Below, piece after piece: positions 35,973-45,501 of a DNA stretch of 64,000 nucleotides. The notes below the pieces were generated by a model that was not told the DNA's origin, ran no database searches, and worked only from the letters and a program-made list of their open reading frames with translations. How positions within the stretch are numbered: the stretch's first letter is position 1; each line of letters begins with the position of its first letter. Source of the DNA: Candidatus Hadarchaeales archaeon (GTDB lineage: Archaea; Hadarchaeota; Hadarchaeia; Hadarchaeales; Hadarchaeaceae); contig JAWCLG010000001.1 in assembly GCA_038851075.1 (NCBI GenBank), forward strand, positions 1 through 64,000. Reading direction: 5' to 3'. Made by a program: the position numbers and the translations under genes.

Positions 35973-38657
35973 TCAATCACCCTGATCTGCCCTTATCAGA
36001 ATTGTAACTGGTGGGGAATCAAGCGTTATAGACTCAACCTTTTTACCCTTCACCATTATCTCCCTGACTATTTTCACGTCTTCCGCATTTATCTCCACAT
36101 CTCTGCCGGAAACCTTCACGGAGAAGGTACCTCTTGCGAGACTTTTTGCTATTTCACCGGGATCAATTTTTTCCAGCTCTGCCGCCACCGCTTTAAAGTC
36201 ACCGCGCAGCCGTGGCCCGAGCCTCGCTGGGTCCAGGATTATCCCCTTCACTCTCTCCTCCACCTCAGGAGCTTTTGTGGTAACCTTCATGTCCCTGATT
36301 CTCACGGTCCCCTTAACGTCATCGGCGACCGCTCTGATGATGTCCGCAATGCCATCGTCTCCGGCGTGCACATCCACCCTTTCAAGTTCCATATTTAACG
36401 GAAGTTTTCTGGATGACTTGAACTGTCTAAGCGCACCTATCAGGGCATTTGCTATTTCTCCCTCCCTCTCTGCGCCCTCATCAAACATCCGCACTTCTGG
36501 CTTCGGCCAGTCAAGCATGTGGACGCTGGTCACCTTAATATGATCCACAAAGTAGATCTGATAAAGCTCCTCGCTGAAGTGCGGTATGAAAGGAGCGAGC
36601 AGTCTTGTCACATCAAAAAGAACCCTGGAGAGCGTGAATCTTGCCCCTTCAGTCGACCTGTCGTTACCGTAAAGCCTGTGCTTAACCGCCTCAAGATAGT
36701 TGTCGCAAAACTCATGCCACACGAAGTTATGGATGGCTCCGAGTGCCATGTTGAACTGAAAGTCCTCCATATATTGAGTAACCCGGGTGATAAGCTTTGT
36801 GAGTCTGCTTAGCATCCATCTGTCCATAGGACGAAATTTCTTTATGTCAGGCTCGTCCGTTGAAAACTCTAGATGCGGTCCGCAAAACCTGGCGGCGTTC
36901 CATAGCTTTCGCATGAACCTGTACCCGAACTCGACATCTTTCCAGCTGAACGGGATATCAGATCCTGTCGAAGCTCCTATGGCTGCCCACTGTCTGAGAG
37001 CATCTGCTCCGTACTTTTCCCTCGCCATCCCGGTGTCAACGTAGTTACCGAGCGACTTGTGCATCGCCCTCCCGTCGGTGCCAAGAACCATGCCGTTTAT
37101 CAACACCGACCGATATGGAGATCTTTCCAAAAGAGCAAGATGTCTGACCATCAGGTAATAGTCCCACGTTCTTATAATGTCGGTTCCGTTGGGCTGGAGA
37201 TCCGCAGGAAAGAGCCGCTCATCCATATCCGGCCACCCAGCGTGAACTGCTATGGTTATGGAACTGTCCATCCACGTGTCAAGCACGTCCTTTTCCGGCT
37301 CGAATTTTTCTCCGCCGCACTTTTCACATTTTTTCACCGGTGGACTATCCTTCTCGGGAATGACCGGCAGCTGCTCCTCTTTTGCCACTACGGGTTCGCC
37401 GCATCCCGAACAGTACCACACGGGTATGGGCGTGGCGAATATCCTCTGTCTGGATATCACCCAGTCCCAGTCCATCGAGTTCACCCAATCAACAAACCTC
37501 GTCTTCATGTGCTCCGGCACCCACCTGACCTTTTCCGCTTCCTCCAGGACCCTTTCCTTTAAGTCAAGCACTTTCATGAACCACTGTGGAACGCTCATTA
37601 TTTCAACTGGAGTCTTACACCTCCAGCAGAACCCAACGCTTTGTTCAATATCATCCTGTTTCACCAGCAGGCCGGCACTGCTCAGATCGTTCAGAATTGC
37701 TTTTCTCGCGTCTTCAAGCGTCATTCCTGAGTACTTTCCTGCGGATTCGGTCAGCCTGCCCCTCCCGTCTATAAGCTTCACGACAGGCAGCTTGTGCTTC
37801 TTGACCCACCTCACGTCGGTTCTGTCTCCAAAGGTGCACACCATCACCACGCCAGTTCCAAAGTTTGGATCAACTTCTTCATCCTCTATTATTCCGACGA
37901 CCTGTTTGAAGAGAGGAACTTCCAGCCTCTCTCCGACGTATTTTCTGTACCGTTCATCGCTTGGATGGACTGCAACCACAACGCATGCAGGGAGGTACTC
38001 CGGCCTGGTTGTGGCAATCGTAAGGTGCTCTTCTCCGTCCACGAGCTTGAACTTTATGTAGCTCAGAACCGTTTTTCTCTCACCGTGCTCCACCTCGGCA
38101 TCTGCTATTGCGGTTTCGCATCTGGGGCACCAGTTCACCGGATGCTCGCCCCTATATATCATGCCCTTCTTGTAAAGCCGGACAAAGGAAAGCTGGGTTC
38201 TTCTGTAGTAGTCAGGGTCCATCGTTCTGTACTCGGTTGACCAGTCTATGGAGAACCCCATTAAATTCATTTCCTCCTTCATGTGGGCTATGTTCTCCTG
38301 TGTAAGGTTTACGCAGAGCTCCCTGAACTTCGATGGGGGAAGATCTCCCTTTCTTATTCCGTACCTCCTCTCAACCTGCACCTCTGTCGGAAGCCCGTGA
38401 CAATCCCATCCCTGCGGGAAGAAGACATTAAATCCGCGCATCCTCTTGTATCTTGCAACTATGTCAAAGTATGTCCAGTTCAGCGCGGTCCCCATGTGGA
38501 ACTCACCCGATGGATAAGGAGGAGGGGTGTCAATCACATAGGTCTGTGACGTGCGGTCATCACGTTTGAACGCGCCCAGTCCATTTTTTCTCCAGAACTC
38601 CTGCCATCTGGACTCAGCCTCAAGTGGGTTGTATTCTGAAGGAATCTCTCTCTTCAA
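35973..38657 (-). CDS. valS: Valine--tRNA ligase
   Basis: IDTPPPYPSGEFHMG (HIGH), GWDCHGLPTE, DWVISRQR, AMHKSLGN (KMSKS). Confidence 0.96.
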   Translation of the reverse strand: MKREIPSEYNPLEAESRWQEFWRKNGLGAFKRDDRTSQTYVIDTPPPYPSGEFHMGTALNWTYFDIVARYKRMRGFNVFFPQGWDCHGLPTEVQVERRYGIRKGDLPPSKFRELCVNLTQENIAHMKEEMNLMGFSIDWSTEYRTMDPDYYRRTQLSFVRLYKKGMIYRGEHPVNWCPRCETAIADAEVEHGERKTVLSYIKFKLVDGEEHLTIATTRPEYLPACVVVAVHPSDERYRKYVGERLEVPLFKQVVGIIEDEEVDPNFGTGVVMVCTFGDRTDVRWVKKHKLPVVKLIDGRGRLTESAGKYSGMTLEDARKAILNDLSSAGLLVKQDDIEQSVGFCWRCKTPVEIMSVPQWFMKVLDLKERVLEEAEKVRWVPEHMKTRFVDWVNSMDWDWVISRQRIFATPIPVWYCSGCGEPVVAKEEQLPVIPEKDSPPVKKCEKCGGEKFEPEKDVLDTWMDSSITIAVHAGWPDMDERLFPADLQPNGTDIIRTWDYYLMVRHLALLERSPYRSVLINGMVLGTDGRAMHKSLGNYVDTGMAREKYGADALRQWAAIGASTGSDIPFSWKDVEFGYRFMRKLWNAARFCGPHLEFSTDEPDIKKFRPMDRWMLSRLTKLITRVTQYMEDFQFNMALGAIHNFVWHEFCDNYLEAVKHRLYGNDRSTEGARFTLSRVLFDVTRLLAPFIPHFSEELYQIYFVDHIKVTSVHMLDWPKPEVRMFDEGAEREGEIANALIGALRQFKSSRKLPLNMELERVDVHAGDDGIADIIRAVADDVKGTVRIRDMKVTTKAPEVEERVKGIILDPARLGPRLRGDFKAVAAELEKIDPGEIAKSLARGTFSVKVSGRDVEINAEDVKIVREIMVKGKKVESITLDSPPVTILIRADQGD

Positions 38658-38716
38658 CGGATCACCTTCTAAACAATTGCCCTTACCCTCTTAAACGCCT
38701 TTCAGGTGCGCTGGTA

Positions 38717-38944
38717 TCAAGCGACGATCATCGAGGTTTCAGTATAGGTTACTCCCGGTAGCTTCTGTATTTTATCAACGACCGCACTGCCAAGCTCAGT
38801 CAGATCCTGGACCTCAACCCTTATCACGATGTCGAATCTTCCGGTAGTCGCAGCTGCAAATTTAACCCCGTGCAGCTCCCTCACCCTGTCCAGAAGCTTA
38901 AGGGCTTTTCCGGGCTCTGTTCGCACGTACACTATTGCCTGCAT
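38717..38944 (-). CDS. Lrp/AsnC ligand-binding-domain-only protein
   Basis: MQAIVYVRTEPGK...TTGRFDIVIRVE...IQKLPGVTYTETSMIV; no HTH. Confidence 0.88.
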   Translation of the reverse strand: MQAIVYVRTEPGKALKLLDRVRELHGVKFAAATTGRFDIVIRVEVQDLTELGSAVVDKIQKLPGVTYTETSMIVA

Positions 38945-39076
38945 AATATCAAAATCATATAACAAGAGCCTATTAAAATCAGTTGTTTTTGAGCGTTTAT
39001 CTAAATTCCTACCAGTTTTTATGATTTTGAGACGAAAAGGTTAAACCACGTCCGGCTGTATATTTAAGGGAGAAAA

Positions 39077-39508
39077 ATGAACTTGAAAGCTCCAAAAAAC
39101 GTTTCCTTTGAGTGTCAACGATGCGCAATGTGCTGCGGTGACACCTCAAGAAGGGGCAGGAACATACTGCTCCTGGAGTCGGAGGTCGAGAACATAGCCA
39201 AAAGAACCGGAGTGAAGCCAATATTTTTCTCAACCCCAATACCAGCCACTGGACCGTACAGATACAAGATGAAGAAAAAGAACGGAAAGTGTGTGTTTCT
39301 CGATGAAAAGGCGTGCAAGATATATGAATTCAGGCCGCTCATATGCAGCTTCTACCCTTTTTCGGTTACGGCGAAAAATGGCTCTTATCTTTTTGATGTG
39401 TGTGATGAGTGTCCTGGAGTGGGTCTTGGAAACATCGTTTCGGAGAATCAGTTTAAATTGATGGTTGAAAAGGCGTTGAAGACCTGGAACGGCAGGTCGA
39501 AAATGTAA
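39077..39508 (+). CDS. YkgJ family cysteine-cluster protein
   Basis: FECQRCAMCC, CVFLD..CKIYEFRPLICSFYPF, CPGVG. Confidence 0.9.
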   Translation: MNLKAPKNVSFECQRCAMCCGDTSRRGRNILLLESEVENIAKRTGVKPIFFSTPIPATGPYRYKMKKKNGKCVFLDEKACKIYEFRPLICSFYPFSVTAKNGSYLFDVCDECPGVGLGNIVSENQFKLMVEKALKTWNGRSKM

Positions 39509-39520
39509 TCGCCGTGTTTT

Positions 39521-41119
39521 TCAGTCGAGAATTCTCTCTAAGATTTTCTCTGCTGCGTGATCTGGTGTTGGTATTCCAGTAACCTCTTCAGCTCTGGCAC
39601 TCAGCGCAAGCAGGTCGTCCCTGCCAAGTAGATCGAGCTTCCACTTTCTGCATCCCGCCATCAGCTGCTTTAGTCCCACCCCTATCCTGTCTACCAGATA
39701 TGTGTATAGCCCCACGCCGGTGGGGAGGACATCCTTCCCTGTTTTTTTCTTCAGTTCAGGTGCGCACACGAAAAACTTTTCCGGGGTGCTGCCATACTCG
39801 TCCGCAAAGTCCTTAGGCAACTTTCCATTTTTAGACAGCTCCACAAAGTAAGATGCCTTCATAACTGCGGTGAGTGGGGCCCTTGCCATCGTTATCGCCT
39901 TGACGAGTGGGCCGTTTCCGAAGTTGCTCATGGCTATGGACTTGAATATCTGGGTCTCGTTTATAAATCCTCCTGCCATGCTAATGTCCGGGACATATTT
40001 TCTTCTTTTCTTGAGAATCTGAGCGCACTTTAGTACCTGGGCCTCAAGATAGATGGTGGGTGTGCTCATCTCGTTCATCATGGGGACCGGACTCATCCCT
40101 GTGCCGCCTCCGGCGCCGTCGAACGTTATATAATCAACTTTAGCTTCTGACGCCACCTTCATTGTCCATGCCACGTCCTCCGGACCGTAAGCTCCTGTCT
40201 TTAACGTGACATGTTTTGCCCCCTGTTCCCTCAGCCATTCCACATCCTCGACGAAGTCTCTCTCAGCGGGCATGCCGACGCGGCTGTGCCGTTCGAAGCT
40301 CTTGATGATCCCTTCCCTGTACGCCTCCTGGACCGTTTTATCTTCCGGATCCGGGATGACTACGTACCCACGTTTCTTGAGCTGAAGCGCCCTGTCGATA
40401 TCGGTGAGCCTTATTTCACCGCCTATCGCCTTCGCCCCCTGCCCCCATTTCCGCTCCAACACGTCTACCTCAAGCTTTGATATTGCGTAGATGTCCACTC
40501 CAAGCCTCTGGTCCTCGACATTTGTCTGAACTGAAATCCCGCCGTACTTGCCATCCCAGAACTCACGGAACTTTTTCACCCGGTACTCCATGTCAGGCGA
40601 GCGGGTTATCTTGCCATTTGTGAACTGGGAGTTCTGATCGACGCCGCAGACGTTCTCCCCAATCACGAGGATGGTACCGCTCAGTGCGGAACCCACTGCC
40701 AGACCATCCCAGTTGTTCTTGGCGACGAATGTAGAGCCGAACGCGCCGTTAATTATCGGGACCTTGAGCGGTATGCCTCCGATCTTCGTCTCGATGCTCA
40801 CATTCGGGAATACCGCAACGTCAGGGTCAGCCTTTATGCCCTCAGCCCCTCTCAGGCGGGCGATTATGTTGAAGTGCGACCAGTCAAGGCCATAGTCCTT
40901 AAGAGACGCGGCGGTGCTCTGGCCGAATTGCTTAGGATCAGGATATAGGACTTCCCTCCCTCTGAAAGCTGACAGCCCTATTTCGCAGAGAAACGGGCAC
41001 TCTCTGATACAGATCGGGCACATGCCGCTGGTTGGGCTCACGTCCCTGACCCTCGTACGGGTTGCGGTGGTGCTCATCCCGTTCAGGTAAGAAGAGTTTC
41101 TTGACACCCTTTCGGTCAT
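39521..41119 (-). CDS. FMN-binding glutamate synthase family protein (archaeal stand-alone GltB FMN domain)
   Basis: CPICIRECPFLCEIG, KWGQGAKAIGGE, LKTGAY, DGAGGGTGMSP. Confidence 0.9.
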   Translation of the reverse strand: MTERVSRNSSYLNGMSTTATRTRVRDVSPTSGMCPICIRECPFLCEIGLSAFRGREVLYPDPKQFGQSTAASLKDYGLDWSHFNIIARLRGAEGIKADPDVAVFPNVSIETKIGGIPLKVPIINGAFGSTFVAKNNWDGLAVGSALSGTILVIGENVCGVDQNSQFTNGKITRSPDMEYRVKKFREFWDGKYGGISVQTNVEDQRLGVDIYAISKLEVDVLERKWGQGAKAIGGEIRLTDIDRALQLKKRGYVVIPDPEDKTVQEAYREGIIKSFERHSRVGMPAERDFVEDVEWLREQGAKHVTLKTGAYGPEDVAWTMKVASEAKVDYITFDGAGGGTGMSPVPMMNEMSTPTIYLEAQVLKCAQILKKRRKYVPDISMAGGFINETQIFKSIAMSNFGNGPLVKAITMARAPLTAVMKASYFVELSKNGKLPKDFADEYGSTPEKFFVCAPELKKKTGKDVLPTGVGLYTYLVDRIGVGLKQLMAGCRKWKLDLLGRDDLLALSARAEEVTGIPTPDHAAEKILERILD

Positions 41120-41156
41120 ATGATCACCAGTCTCCTAACAAACCCGCACATATCTG

Positions 41157-41205
41157 TTTATATATGTTATTATGAAAAAATCATAACAAATCATACAAAT
41201 TATGA
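41157..41205 (-). promoter_or_regulatory. TATA box with upstream inverted-repeat regulator sites for the glutamate synthase gene
   Basis: TTTATATA 41157-41164; TTATGA-N5-TCATAA 41170-41186; TCATA-N5-TATGA 41191-41205. Confidence 0.55.
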
Positions 41206-41228
41206 ACGCTCGTCTGGGCACAAAATCG

Positions 41229-42716
41229 CTACGAAATCTCATATATCCTTCCGATTTCCCTCTCCCCTCTTTTCAGCCTCGCCTTTACATCGTCTGCCAG
41301 TTTCTGGGCAAGCGGGGTGGGGTATTCGCAAGTCAGGCAGCCGAGGCAGAGCTCGTCCCTTCCGAGGCCTGTCGCCTTAATGAAGTTCTCCAGGGACTGG
41401 TAGTGCACGCTGTCTGCCCCTATCATCTTGGATATCTCCCCCTCATCGTATTTCGACCCGAGCAATTCGCTGAACGTTGACATGTCGATGCCGTACGGAC
41501 ATGGTGAGATTATGCGCGGGAAGGTGATGTACATGTGGACCTCGCTGGCCCCGGCTTCTCTCATCCTCCTGATTATCCTGCGTGATGTGTCCCCCCTGAC
41601 TATGCTGTCCTCCACGACCGCAATCCTCTTGCCTTTTATCCCCTCCCCGATGTTGAGCTTCTTGGAGATTATCGTCTCACGCTCCTCGGGGCTGGTTATG
41701 AAAGCGCGGTCCGTCACGTAGCGGTGTTTTCTGAGCGCGCGTTCCCACGGTATGCCCGTCTCTTCATGAAGCCCGTACGCAGCGTCGTCCCCGGTCTCCG
41801 GTATGGAGACGATCATGTCCACCTTCTTCCTGATTTCCGGATCCTCCTTTCCAAGGTTTTTGCCGAACTCCTCCCTTATCTTGTACACTGGTCTGTTCGT
41901 GCCGTTCAGGATTGAGTCCGGCCTGGCGAAATATGCGAACTCGAAGCTGCAAAACGCACGCCGCTTGGGGTCGACTAGCCTCTCCCTCATGAATCCCCCC
42001 TTCGACCACACCAGCAGCTCCCCGGGCCTCACCTCGGACTCGTACCTGAGATTGTTTATGTCCAGGCCGACGCTTTCCGATGATATGGCAAAGATTTTTC
42101 CATCGCCGCTCCGGCCGTAACAGAGGGGCCTTATCCCAAGTGGATCCCTGAACGCGAAAAGTTCCCCATCACCGGTGAGACCCACCACCGAAAACGATCC
42201 TTCTATCTCTTGCATGCACGTGGTCACTGCGGATTTCAGGTCCGACCCTCTTCTGAGCCCCTGCAGCAGCTTTCTGCCGATCAGCTCGACATCCGAGGAA
42301 ACAGATATGTCTCCAAACTCCGCACGAAGCTCAGAACGCAGCTGCGACGTGTTCACCACGTTGCCGTTGTACCCCAGGGCGATCTTTATGCCCCTATCCT
42401 CCAGCACGAAAGGCTGGATGTCCCTCATCAACCACGTCTTGTTGCTCTTTCCGGATGTGGCGTACCTCACATGGCCGATACCAGCGGATCCCTTCAACTT
42501 CTTGAAAAGCCTTTGGGTTGATGGATGCATCACTGGTGGCAAAAGCCCTAGCCCGCGATGCAAAAGAAAATCCCCATTCAAGGTCAAAAATCCGTGGGAA
42601 TGATGCCCCCGGTGGTTCTGGGACACGAGCCCCCAATAGATGTATGGTATGACGTTTCCCCCATCTGCATGGTAAGCAGCGAACACACCGCATTTTTCCC
42701 TGATGATTTCTGGCAT
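41229..42716 (-). CDS. purF: Amidophosphoribosyltransferase
   Basis: REKC|GVF, QNHRG, GHVRYATSG, RDPLGIRPL, CSFEFAYFARPDS, VEDSIVRGDT, CPYGIDM, CLGC. Confidence 0.95.
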   Translation of the reverse strand: MPEIIREKCGVFAAYHADGGNVIPYIYWGLVSQNHRGHHSHGFLTLNGDFLLHRGLGLLPPVMHPSTQRLFKKLKGSAGIGHVRYATSGKSNKTWLMRDIQPFVLEDRGIKIALGYNGNVVNTSQLRSELRAEFGDISVSSDVELIGRKLLQGLRRGSDLKSAVTTCMQEIEGSFSVVGLTGDGELFAFRDPLGIRPLCYGRSGDGKIFAISSESVGLDINNLRYESEVRPGELLVWSKGGFMRERLVDPKRRAFCSFEFAYFARPDSILNGTNRPVYKIREEFGKNLGKEDPEIRKKVDMIVSIPETGDDAAYGLHEETGIPWERALRKHRYVTDRAFITSPEERETIISKKLNIGEGIKGKRIAVVEDSIVRGDTSRRIIRRMREAGASEVHMYITFPRIISPCPYGIDMSTFSELLGSKYDEGEISKMIGADSVHYQSLENFIKATGLGRDELCLGCLTCEYPTPLAQKLADDVKARLKRGEREIGRIYEIS

Positions 42717-42968
42717 TCAATACCCCCACCGATGCGTGTACACCTGAGTGTATGGTCTATGCAGATGCTATAAAGTTTGGCGGATTCCCCGTCTGTGATT
42801 TCTGTGTTTGGGAAGATGGAACGGAACTTCGGGCGGGATCCCCACTAGGATTAAGTTCAAGGTGAACACAGTTTCAGGTTAGGGATGGACTAAGCTCAGG
42901 ATTGCCTTTGAGAGCAGGTGAGCACAAGGCTTTTGAGCACCAAAAGATGACGGAATTGGTGGGAGAAG

Positions 42969-43238
42969 ATGGAACCCAAGATGTACTTTGATGAAGAAGA
43001 GGAAGAAGATGAAGAATGGGAAAACCGTCTGAGGCACGAGGTCATAGAGTTCATCCTGCGCAGATACGGGATAATGAGTGCAAATGACATCGCGAGAGCG
43101 CTTGGATGGAAGGTCGTTGAGGTAACGCGGGTTCTGAGGAGCCTCGAGACCGCGGGGCGCGTAAAGAAGACAAAGCTAGGAAAGGCCAGCGTCTGGACTC
43201 ACATGGAAGAATATCACCAAGACAAGATGTATTATTGA
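42969..43238 (+). CDS. Small winged-helix protein with acidic N-terminus
   Basis: MSANDIARALGWKVVEVTRVLRSLETAGRVKK. Confidence 0.75.
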   Translation: MEPKMYFDEEEEEDEEWENRLRHEVIEFILRRYGIMSANDIARALGWKVVEVTRVLRSLETAGRVKKTKLGKASVWTHMEEYHQDKMYY

Positions 43239-43304
43239 AAAACGGTCGCCCGGCAGATTAGGCGCGACCCAGATGAACACGCCTATAAGATAAACGGAAC
43301 ATAT

Positions 43305-43757
43305 GTGAGCGGGGATTCTAAGTTGGTCAAGATGGTAGATATCGGGAAAAAGCGGACTGTTCACCGTGAGGCCACAGCCGAGGGGATGATAAGGCTGAAG
43401 AAAACTACTCTGGATGCCGTTATGAAAGGGAGGATACCCAAGGGAGATGTTCTCACCGTTGCAAAGACCGCAGCGATAATGGCAGTAAAAAGGACGCCGG
43501 AGATAATACCTCTCACACATCCCATTCCGATAACCGGAGTGGAGGTCAGGTTCAACCGGGAGAAAGAAGGGTTCAGAGTAACCGTTACAGTCAGAAGCGA
43601 TGGAAAAACAGGTGTTGAGATGGAGGCCCTCACCGGAGTAGCGGCGGCCCTCCTCACGGTATGGGACATGGTCAAGGCGCTGGAAAAGGACGAGGGCGGG
43701 CAGTATCCGCACATCTGCATTGAGAGGATAATGGTGCTGAGAAAGGTGAAAGGATGA
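43305..43757 (+). CDS. moaC: Cyclic pyranopterin monophosphate synthase MoaC
   Basis: MVDIGKK, KGDVL, IIPLTHP, TGVEMEALT, WDMVK. Confidence 0.96.
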   Translation: MSGDSKLVKMVDIGKKRTVHREATAEGMIRLKKTTLDAVMKGRIPKGDVLTVAKTAAIMAVKRTPEIIPLTHPIPITGVEVRFNREKEGFRVTVTVRSDGKTGVEMEALTGVAAALLTVWDMVKALEKDEGGQYPHICIERIMVLRKVKG

Positions 43758-44269
43758 GTTTCAAAGAGCACAGAAAAACAGCTCCGCGGCAGCTGGGAGT
43801 AGCCGTACTCGTCATAAGCGATACCCGGGCTAAAGAGGCAAGGGAGGGCAGGGACACTGATGTATCGGGCAAGATAATGGAAAAAGCCGCAAAAAAACGC
43901 GGACATAAAACAGTTCGGACAGTGGTCCCGGACGAAACAGATGAAATAAAGAACGCGGTGGAGACATTTCTGCGCGACCAGAAAATTGATGCCATAATAA
44001 CTACCGGTGGCACTGGGGTGGCAAAGAGAGATGTCACGATTGAAACTATCGCCCCGATGTTCGAAAAGGACCTTCCCGGATTCGGAGAGATACTCAGACG
44101 GATTGGTTACGAAAAGGTGGGAACACCCGCCCTTCTGACGCGGGCCGCGGCAGGGATCATCCGTGGAAAACCCATCTTCTGTCTGCCCGGTGCCCCAAAC
44201 GCGGTTAAAATCGCAGCTGATCTCATTCTTCCTGAGCTGGGGCATATTGTAAAACATTCACGGGAATGA
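43754..44269 (+). CDS. moaB: MoaB/MogA molybdopterin adenylyltransferase
   Basis: VISDT, DVSG, TTGGTG...RDVTIE, LPGFGE, LPGAPNAV. Confidence 0.93.
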   Translation: MSFKEHRKTAPRQLGVAVLVISDTRAKEAREGRDTDVSGKIMEKAAKKRGHKTVRTVVPDETDEIKNAVETFLRDQKIDAIITTGGTGVAKRDVTIETIAPMFEKDLPGFGEILRRIGYEKVGTPALLTRAAAGIIRGKPIFCLPGAPNAVKIAADLILPELGHIVKHSRE

Positions 44270-45498
44270 GGATGAAAAAAGCTGGGTTCACCACAAGAAT
44301 TTCCCTGGATAAAGCAGTCAGCAGCATCGTTTCGTGTTTGCGCCCCCTTGAGACTGAGGACATCGAAATCGAAGAGACGCTAGGCAGAGTTATCGCGGAG
44401 GACATTACCTCATCGGTGAACGTTCCATCTTTTGATCGTGCGGCAGTTGACGGTTACGCTTTGCAGGCCGCTGACACGTTTGGCGCCTCACAGGGGAGCC
44501 CCAGAGAAATAAGATTGCTCGGCAGCGCTGGTGCGGGAGAGAGAAAGAGATTCAGAATACGCAGGGGGGAGGCGGTGGCAGTGACGACCGGGGCCCAGAT
44601 TCCTGAGGGGGCGGATGCCGTGGTGATGCTTGAGAGCACATCCAGATCTGGAAAAACAATCTGGATTCTCAGCCCGGTCACCCCTGGAAAAAATATCTCC
44701 GCTGCAGGAGAGGATGTGAAAAAAGGAGACCTAGTGTTTCGAAGAGGGCATCTTCTCAGACCATGCGATGTTGGGCTCCTCGCCTCGATAGGACGTTCGA
44801 GAGTTAAGGTTTTCAGAAAACCCGAAGCGGGAGTCATATCAACAGGGAGCGAGGTCGTCCCACCGCACGGTAAAATAGGAAGAGGACAGGTTTTTGATGT
44901 AAACAGCTACTCAATATCCGCTGCCGTGGAGTCATGCGGCGGGATACCTCACAGGCTGGGTATCGCCCAAGAGAACAAAAATTCCGTGGTGAAAATGATA
45001 CGTGAAGCGCTGAAATACGATGCAGTGATCATAACAGGCGGAAGCGCTGTTGGAGAAAAGGACACAGTTCCTGAGGTTGTTGCAGAGATGGGTGAACTGA
45101 AGTTCCACGGTGTCGCGATGAGACCTGGAGGTCCGAGCGCATTTGGAATAGTTGAAGGAAAGCCGGTCTTCTGTCTGGCCGGGTTTCCCGCAGGTGCTCT
45201 CGTGGCATTCGACATGCTGGTCAGACCCGGGTTGCGGCTGATGCAGGGCTTAAATGCCGACAGAGGTTACAGAAGCGTGCCTGCAGTACTGGCTGAAAAC
45301 GTGGCATCGGTTCTTGGGCGCACAGATGTTGTGAGGGTGAAGCTTATCCGGACACCGAAGGGGCTGAAAGCCGAACCGATACGCATAACCGGATCCAGCA
45401 TGATAACCACCATGACGCGCGCCGACGGGTTTATCATGATCCCAGAGACCGTTGAGGGGCTGAGCAGAGGAGAAAGCGTTGAAGTCGAGCTTTATTGA
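44266..45498 (+). CDS. moeA: Second MoeA paralog
   Basis: PSFDRAAVDGYA, TTGAQIPEGADAVVMLE, ISTGSE, TGGSAVG, MRPGGP. Confidence 0.93.
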   Translation: MRMKKAGFTTRISLDKAVSSIVSCLRPLETEDIEIEETLGRVIAEDITSSVNVPSFDRAAVDGYALQAADTFGASQGSPREIRLLGSAGAGERKRFRIRRGEAVAVTTGAQIPEGADAVVMLESTSRSGKTIWILSPVTPGKNISAAGEDVKKGDLVFRRGHLLRPCDVGLLASIGRSRVKVFRKPEAGVISTGSEVVPPHGKIGRGQVFDVNSYSISAAVESCGGIPHRLGIAQENKNSVVKMIREALKYDAVIITGGSAVGEKDTVPEVVAEMGELKFHGVAMRPGGPSAFGIVEGKPVFCLAGFPAGALVAFDMLVRPGLRLMQGLNADRGYRSVPAVLAENVASVLGRTDVVRVKLIRTPKGLKAEPIRITGSSMITTMTRADGFIMIPETVEGLSRGESVEVELY

Positions 45499-45501
45499 AG
45501 C

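Noticed and set aside
42818-42831. NrpR-like operator GGAA-N6-TTCG
   Set aside because: One mismatch to GGAA-N6-TTCC, lies well upstream of the purF TATA box, and no matching site was seen at glnA
4977-45498. Two MoeA paralogs as an unusual feature
   Set aside because: Two MoeA copies are normal in archaea that use Mo or W cofactors
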